From assembly GCF_009914755.1 (NCBI RefSeq), contig NC_060930.1: 64,000 bases of DNA; one strand, 5' to 3'. The DNA is from the human T2T-CHM13v2.0 reference genome, Homo sapiens. Shown piece by piece: positions 56,591 through 64,000 of the stretch. Made by a program: the position numbers and the translations under genes. Below the pieces are notes generated by a model. The model searched no databases and had not been told where the DNA came from. It saw only the letters and a list, made by a program, of their open reading frames with translations. The number at the start of each line of letters is the position of its first letter. Positions within the stretch are counted from its first letter, which is position 1.

Positions 56591-57189
56591 GTTCTTCTTC
56601 TTTTCCCCATAAGACTTGAACATCAACAGGTCAGGACACTAAAGCTAAACAAAACTGAATGTTATTAAACTGACAATATTCTACTCTTTCTAGCTGATTA
56701 CAGTTTCATATGACTCGACCTAATAGTAAAATAGAGGCTTTGGGTATCCTTGGTCAGAAAATCTGAGAATTTAGTTGAAGTAAATGAAGGAAGACCAAAC
56801 AGGCAGGGACTATGGCCATGGATCCAGAGTCCAAGCTGGATGTACATGGATACTGACAGGAAAACAGAGAAAGTGAGAGCTGTTTAAAATGTGAACCACA
56901 TCTATGTTTTGGGAATAGATATTTGCTTTTAATTTTGCATAGCACCATGGGATAAGCTTGAAATGCTTCTGAGTGAATGACTTCTATAGATTAGAGATTT
57001 AACTGAATCTAAAAGCAAAATAGATCTATGATTTGGAGATCAGATGAGATTTTTAGCCTGATTTATTTAGAAAATTTTGTATGTTTGGGACTCTTATCTA
57101 GTAGATTTTGACTGTACCTTCATTAAATAAAATAGTGTAATATAGGTGTCGATTCACATCAACAAAAGTAGGAGGCTGTCATGAGACAC

Positions 57190-57545
57190 AAGGAAAAACA
57201 TGGTTGTCATGTCAAAAGGCTTCAGTTTAACACCAAATTCTCCTGCATGATTTGGACAAGTAATTGAACCCCATGCAGATTAATTTTCTTAATTAAAAAA
57301 CAGTGATAACAATACCTACCTCATAGAGATGTTGTGAGGATTAACCTATGGATTACTGGAGTTAGTAACCCTGGATGGATTTTAGGACATCAATGAACCC
57401 TCCAACATTGCATGCATGAAATTCTGGTGAGAATGTTCATTATTGTCATCAGATCCTTAAAAGTCTCCACAAATTGCAAAAGGCTAAGAACTACCAACGT
57501 ATATGAAAAGGATTTGAAATTGTGAAATGCTACACAAATGTTAGA
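57190..57545 (+). mobile_element. MIR interrupted by a Charlie4z-like MITE (about 57355-57496)
   Basis: MIR AATACCTACCTCATAGAGATGTTGTGAGGATTAA resumes at TATGAAAAG..ACAAATGTTAG; insert contains AACCCTCC..CATCAGATCCTTAAAAG..AAAAGGCTAAGAACTAC. Confidence 0.65.
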
Positions 57546-57855
57546 AATCAAGGATAAAGAAGCACTATCCAGGAAAGGAAAACAAAACAGTAATTTTTAG
57601 GGAGATAGAATGTTTATCTGTCTCCAACAAACTTGGATTGGACTTCTAGGAGATAATTTGATAAGTCAAACGTACATAAAACATAAATTACCTCTAATGG
57701 CAAAATCACTTTTATTTGTAGTAATTTTAAATATAGGCTTGTTAAACTGTGCTTTTGAACATACTTCATAGATGATAATCTGTAATTTACTAGTTTCTCT
57801 CTCTTTTTCAAATTTTATTGTATGTATTTGAGATCCTTTTATGATTTTTTTTAAG

Positions 57856-57914
57856 GTGATGTCATTGAACTCTTAAGTGCAAGATGAAACAAGTCTTTCT
57901 GGGGTTCTAAGTAG
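57856..57914 (+). other. Candidate 59-nt non-coding (lncRNA or 5'UTR) exon
   Basis: T-tract acceptor (..TTTTTTTTAAG|G) and TAG|GTAAGT consensus donor in non-repeat sequence; stops in all three frames; no transcript evidence available. Confidence 0.5.
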
Positions 57915-58457
57915 GTAAGTGATCTGTCCATTTCTTAACTAGCTAAATGAATTGCTTTATTAAGATACTGAAGGTATGTCAGGCCTATCAAGATCCAGTA
58001 TCTGGAATCACTAATCAACTCTCTATGAACATTATTTTTTTGAAGACTTTTCTTTCGGCACACTAAACAAAAATAAACTCAACCTGGGGGAAGATGCTTG
58101 GAGCTAATGTGAGGAGGAAGGAATGATATCAAAGACCTTGCTTTCTCAAAGTTCCCTAAGATGCGAAAGAATCAGTACTGCAGTTTTAAAATAGGCTGGG
58201 GTTGGACAGAGGAGCAACAAATTGTAATTTAGGAGTGCCATTGCTTTCTCAGACATAACGGCATTATTGTCTGGGGGAAAGAGTTCTATTGTATAAATAC
58301 TGTTGAGAGGATAGTGGAATTTAGATCTCCAGCCTCTTCCTTGATTTTGGCAAGGTTGAATGTAGAGGAAACCACAGTCGTTCAGGAAGAACGTTATGTG
58401 AACAATGTCATGTTTTATTGGTGGAATGAGTAAACCAGGCAGTACAGGCTGTAAAAA

Positions 58458-58900
58458 CGTATCAGTTGGTGTTATGGCAGGAAACAGATGGCTCATTCCA
58501 ATAGAGTAATTCAAAGAATATCCAATAAAGGGGCTACTTACAAAGGTGTAGATGGGAAACAGGTGAGCCATGAGATAGAGTGTATCCAAGGCTAGTAACA
58601 CAGGGTCTATTTCTAACCCTATGCTTGAAGGGGTGAATTACCGGGAAAGAGAGGCTCCTAAGGAGGGGCCACCTTGAGAAGAGCCACAGTCGTCGCGGAG
58701 GGAAATGGGAACTTGTGAGCTAAGGGAATATAAATACTCCTTCCTTATTCACCTCCTTCCCTCTGATATTCTGCCAGATCTCTCTAATAATATAATCCAA
58801 TCTGGAGCCAGTGGGCAAGAAATCTAATGGACTGACTCTTTAGACTGGCCTCCTGCAGCTGACTAGGGTGAAAAGTGTGATCTGGAGGAACAAACAACTC
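58458..58900 (-). mobile_element. LTR40-like ERVL solo LTR
   Basis: GTATCAGT..GGCAGGAAACAGATGGC..AATAAAGGGGCTACTTACAAAGGTG; explains ORF 58146-58601. Confidence 0.7.
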
Positions 58901-59247
58901 CCCACATTAAGTGGTTTACAGTCCCAAAGGCCTACTTCTCACTCATGCTGAATTTCCGGCATGGATCAGTAGGGAGTGTTTCCATGTGTCCTCACTCTAG
59001 AACTTCAGAAATGGAGCAGACATTTCTTCAGAATATAACCAATTGTTTTGATAGAGGGAAATAGAATTTGGGATAGTCTCAAGCCAGCAATTATGTATTT
59101 TGGTCTTAAATAATTTATGTCATTTGTACTTACCCAGAACTAGTTCAGGGCCCTGTGCAAGCTTCAGGGAGCCAGAAAGTTGAACTCTACCAGGTGCCTG
59201 AACGAGAAGGGGATGTGATAAAACTGAGCAGTGTGAATAACCACCAC
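58900..59247 (-). mobile_element. MLT1K-like MaLR LTR
   Basis: AGTGGTTTACA..TTCTCACTCATGCTG..CCAGAACTAGT..GGGAGCCAGAAAGT. Confidence 0.55.
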
Positions 59248-59366
59248 GGGTAACTTTTCTGTTCAAAGCATGCTGGTCCCTAAATTAAATTGAAGCTGGG
59301 ATATGGGTTGGCAGAATAATTCAGGCAGAATTTAGTTTACAGACAACTTCTGAACAACTTGCATGA

Positions 59367-59701
<335 letters not shown>

Positions 59702-60471
59702 TTATATCAGAACTTTAAAAAAGCCAAATCCATACAGTTGACTGGAATGGAACCATACAATAATTTTTTGAACATTGTTAGGATCAAAATATTAATACTT
59801 ACATTAAAAAAAAGCCTTTTTTTAAGTACATGGTATGGTACTAAGCCTTTAGTCAAGGAAATTTAAACAAAATTATCCCTGCCCTGTAGGAGTTTATAAT
59901 CTAAAACAGACAGTATTGATGTAAATACATGCAATTGGTTCTCTGTTATTCGCAGGAACATTATCTGCTCTTAAATTGATCTATGGCAATTTTTAGAATG
60001 ATTAAATTATATATTACTCAGTATACAACTTAACTATATTCTTCTTCCTCCAGTTGTATTACTATTTGTAAATGGACTATAAAGAAAATTAAGAATATCT
60101 AGCACCTTTGGAAATGCATGTAATTTATGCACAAGTGGGATAATGTCACATACTATAGGTGCAAATTTAGAACTGATTGCACTATAGGGAGATGACAGCC
60201 TCATCTATGCTTAGAAAAAAGTTGTTTTAAGTTGTTTTAGAAGCTGAATATTGGGTTTTATTCTGGATATAAAGCATGCCATTAGTTTGCTAATATCTTA
60301 ATAGTGAGAAAACTTTCATCTAAATACTGAAAGGTAAAAAGTGTTGGGAATAAATCCTAAATATTAACTGATAATGTTTCCTGAATACCCTGAGGAATGC
60401 TGATGGGACAGAGTTTCAGATATTTTAAGCTCAGCAGCTTATACCTATGAGTGCTTTCTCTGACAAATTGC

Positions 60472-60903
60472 ATGGTGGATAGAGCACATGCTGCCCACAT
60501 CACGGGTGTCCTTACCATTTTCGTACAATCCGGTTTGACTTCCAATTGCTGATGACTGTGTCTCTGGCCAGTGGGGCCTGCAGCAGTCTGGGAGTACTGG
60601 AGGAAAGAGTGCCATCAAAGAGCAGCCCTCAATTACAGACCCAGAAGATTAGGTCTGTGGGTCTCAGTGGATGAACCAACACGGAGGAGCACCACGTTGA
60701 GCGTCCATCTTACAGTTTCCCAGGGCACAAAGTTATAGTCATCTGAGGGGCAACTTGCTTGACAAAGTAGCTTTTCCCGACTTCCTTCCCATCTTTACCT
60801 CACTCCCCGACTTTCTAACCAGTGTTTCTTGGGATCAATTTCCAAATACGTGCATTCAAATCTTTGTCTTTGGGTATGATGTTGAGGAAGTAAAACTAAC
60901 ACA
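60472..60903 (+). mobile_element. LTR16C/E-like ERVL solo LTR
   Basis: GAGCAGCCCTCAA; CTTCCTTCCC..TCACTCCCC..CCAGTGTTTCTTGGGATCA..AACTAACACA end. Confidence 0.6.
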
Positions 60904-61821
60904 GGGGGCTATTTCCCTAGCTACAGGCCTCCTTATTCTTGTACTATATTATGGGACCTGAAAAAATACATAATTCAGAGGTAGTGGCAGCACGAAGTTC
61001 CTTGCGTAAGTACTTTTTGTAGATAAAGATGAAATAGGTGTAGACAAGCAAGGTTGCCTAGAGCAGTTTAATGGAGACTTTGATTACAAAGTCTTATATT
61101 AAAATGACATGAAAATACTGTAGAATCTTGTCTCAGAAATTCCTGATATTAGACATAACTTAAAGCATTAAAAAGTCAAACTGTTGAGTGTCTGTTGGAA
61201 GTAAGCTAAAGAAAAAATATATTTAAGAGTTATCCATAATATTTGCATGTGTGTACATATGTGTGTGTATATATATATGTAATATTTTTGCAAAATATTT
61301 CACACTTTACTATAACCTGTTAATATGCAAGGTTACCAATTATTTATTAGATTACTAGATTAGTTGCAAATTTTCTGCCTCCTCTACTCCAGCCACATGG
61401 GTGGTGGCACCAGGACTGGATAACTGGAATAAATACCTTAGGCAGAAAACAGAAAATTGCAATGTATGCAGTAGTCACTGGTCCATGGTAATGATGAAAT
61501 CCTGTGGACAGCTGTTATGTAGTCTTGTCAGTGAGAGAAGTGCCATGGTCAGAACTTGATTCTGTTCTCAGGGAGGAATTTTCCCGTCCATTGTTCTGTG
61601 GGGCCCCTGCTTCTGCCATCTGGGAAGCTTTGCTTGTCTATTATCTGCCGTGGCTGCAATGGCAGTTGAGGGCTCTAGAGGTTTTGCTGCCTGCCTCCTG
61701 CCTGTATGAGTTGGGTGGCCTAAGAGTTGCTTCAAGGCTCAGCCAAAAGCTTTTACGTCCTAGCTCATGGTTGTTTTTGTAATATAATTTTCTTTAAAAT
61801 TAATAAGACTGTCGTCTCTTC

Positions 61822-62230
61822 TAGGCACAGGAAGACAAATGTTGCATGTTCTCACTTATATGTAGGAGCTAAAACAAAGTGATCTCGTGGAGGTAGTGAA
61901 TAGAATGGTGGCTGCCAGAGGCTAGGAAGGGTAGTGGGGGTAAGGGGATAAAGTTACAAAATACAGTTAGATAGAAGGAATAACATCTAGTGTTTGGTAG
62001 CACAATAGGGCTACTATAGTTAAAAATAATTTATGACACATTTCAAAATAACTAGAAGAATAAATGTGGGATGTTTTCAGCACAAAGAAATGACAAATGT
62101 TTGTAGTAATTGGTGATGAATACCCTCAATTACCATTATGCATTGATCATTATATGTTGTATGCTTGTATCAAAATATCACATGTACCCCATAAATATGT
62201 AACTATTATGTATCCATAAAAATTAAAAAA
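61822..62230 (+). mobile_element. L1MA (about L1MA4-5) 3' end
   Basis: GCATGTTCTCACTTATATGTAGGAGCTAAAA..AGTTAGATAGAAGGAATAA..ATCACATGTACCCCATAAATATG, A-tail. Confidence 0.9.
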
Positions 62231-62874
62231 TTAGAAAGCAACTAATAGACTTACATCTCTTTGCTTACAATCAGTTGAATATGCCAGCTACCGCACCCAC
62301 AGTTCTTTCTTAGACATAATTCTTAAAGTAGTACTATCTGTTTTTCTTCTCATCACCATTTATTTTTTTTTCAACTCAATGACATCTACCCCAAGGCCAT
62401 AGGCTTGGGTTGAAGGCCTGGTTCAATTGGAATTTTGTCACATAATTATATCTTAAGACTGTTCATTATTTAATCTCAAAAATTACGTATTAATGTTTGA
62501 GGTAAGCATTCCCAACTTTTGAGGCTTAAAATTTCTGGATGCTTTCTTATTCCCTTTCATTTTTATGTGTACTTTGGATAATTCTTTCTTGTGGTCATTT
62601 CTCCTTCTAATATCTTGCCAAATAAAGCTAGTAACATCTAATGCATGCTCACATAATTCTATTTTACAATATCTTTTGCTACAGACACAGGCTAGGGAAG
62701 TTAGTGGCCTGCCTCCAAAGGTATCGTGGGCTTCATTGTTACTGAACATTTTGCCTCTGCTTAACTTGGGGTTTCATTTTTCCAGCCTCTGATATTAGTT
62801 TCCTAGTTATCTCCTGCCAGTGCCACCAATTTTAGGGTTTTGTTTTTGTTAGTGTCCATTCTTGGTACTAATTT

Positions 62875-63085
62875 CTATTTTAGTTATGATAACACCAATT
62901 AAAGCATCAGATAAACCTCCAAGTTTAAGTGGCTTAACATGTTAAGATGTTTGTTTCTTGCTCATGTAAAACTCCATAGAGGGTCTGGGGTTCTATTCTA
63001 TGCATCCATTTAGCCATCCAAATTGGCAAAACTGTTGTATCCAATAGACAGTTTTTAAGGCACCAACATCCAGCCAGCAGATAGA
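62875..63085 (-). mobile_element. MLT1-family LTR fragment
   Basis: AGTGGCTTAACA..TTTCTTGCTCATGTAAA. Confidence 0.5.
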
Positions 63086-63129
63086 ACCCTTAGCTTCTTC
63101 TGACCTTCCTCTCCACCTATGCTGACATC

Positions 63130-63891
63130 TTAGGTGTCCTCTGGCTTTCAATATCATCTCCTTGCTGAAAAATCCCGAATCTTCTTTTATCGAACTCCAC
63201 CTAGCCCCTGGATTTGTGTATGTAATTGCTTATACAACAACTCCACTTGGATGTCAATCAGGCATCATTAACTTAATATATTTGAAACCAAATGTTAACT
63301 TTTTCCCCCTAAAATTGCCACCCCTTAACGTGATCAATATTAATATTTGGGACTGTGATTTACCAGTTATTCAGCGTAGAAACCTGAAAGTATTTTTTGA
63401 ATCTTTTTTTTTTAGTATCATATAGTACATAGAATCAAAAAACAAATCCTATCAGTGATACCTTCAAGAACATCTAGAATCCAGTCACTTCTCATAGCTC
63501 CATAGCCATCAGATTTTACTTGTTGTAGTGTAGTCATGATCTAACAGGTCTTCTTGTTTTCACTCCTGCCCTCTTAGAATGCATTTACCACACATGAGCC
63601 ACAGCAATATTCTACAAAATAAAGAGACTACATTGCCCTTCTATGTATAAAACTGCAAAAACCAAAGGTTTCCCTGATCATTTATTTAAAGTACTTCATA
63701 GCATTTGTCATTATCTGACATTTCAGCCATTATGTTATACATTTTTTGTTTAATTTTCTGTCTTCTCAATGAAGAATGAATATCTATGTCATAGACTTTT
63801 CTTTATTCATGGCTGTCTTTATAACACCTAGGATGGTGCTTGCCACATGGGAGATGTTCTAGTAGTTTTGAATGAATAAATAAATGAATGA
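63130..63891 (+). mobile_element. L2a 3' region
   Basis: CTCCACTTGGATGTC..AGGCATC; CTAGAATCCAGTCACTTCTCA; TGCTTGCCACAT..TTGAATGAATAAATAAATGAATGA terminus. Confidence 0.85.
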
Positions 63892-64000
63892 GCTACTTTT
63901 TATATCTTTTTGATGCTTTAGTCTTTTTATATCTATTTGTATGACTTTTTAATATTAACCAGATGTAATCATTATCTCATTAGTATTAAATGAAATCCTA

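Noticed and set aside
58146-58601. 151-aa minus-strand ORF; likewise the 139-aa ORF at 38554-38973 and the 120-aa ORF at 25711-26073
   Set aside because: Overlap LTR or old L1 sequence, non-ATG or weak starts, no recognisable domain or exon structure

Overview
Primate (very probably human) genomic DNA: AT-rich, CpG-depleted and repeat-rich, with no CpG island, no convincing protein-coding exon and no recognisable structural RNA gene. It reads as a large intron or a gene-poor intergenic region. Much of it is interspersed repeat: about 12 Alu/FLAM elements (J, S, Y), a 5'-truncated L1PA with target-site duplication, several old L1M copies, L2 and MIR fragments, MaLR/ERVL solo LTRs (THE1D, MLT1, LTR16, LTR40, LTR41, LTR50-like, MER21) and DNA transposon relics (Tigger1, Tigger3a, MER5, MADE1 half, Charlie4z, a MER135-like hairpin). 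Subfamily names are recalled from consensus sequences, not from a search, and boundaries of old elements are approximate. The supplied ORFs are either decayed L1/Tigger1/Alu reading frames or chance ORFs. I found no evidence of a new multi-gene system. The most unusual signals are: (1) a mosaic of templated direct and inverted copies at 10.8-11.2 kb that spans the empty site of a neighbouring Alu and so predates it; (2) a deletion patched with a templated 51-bp copy inside the L1PA; (3) a long ancient hairpin at 53.8 kb; (4) a well-formed 59-nt non-coding exon candidate carrying two self-contained uORFs at 57.9 kb; (5) repeat-free, motif-rich islands that may be conserved enhancers.
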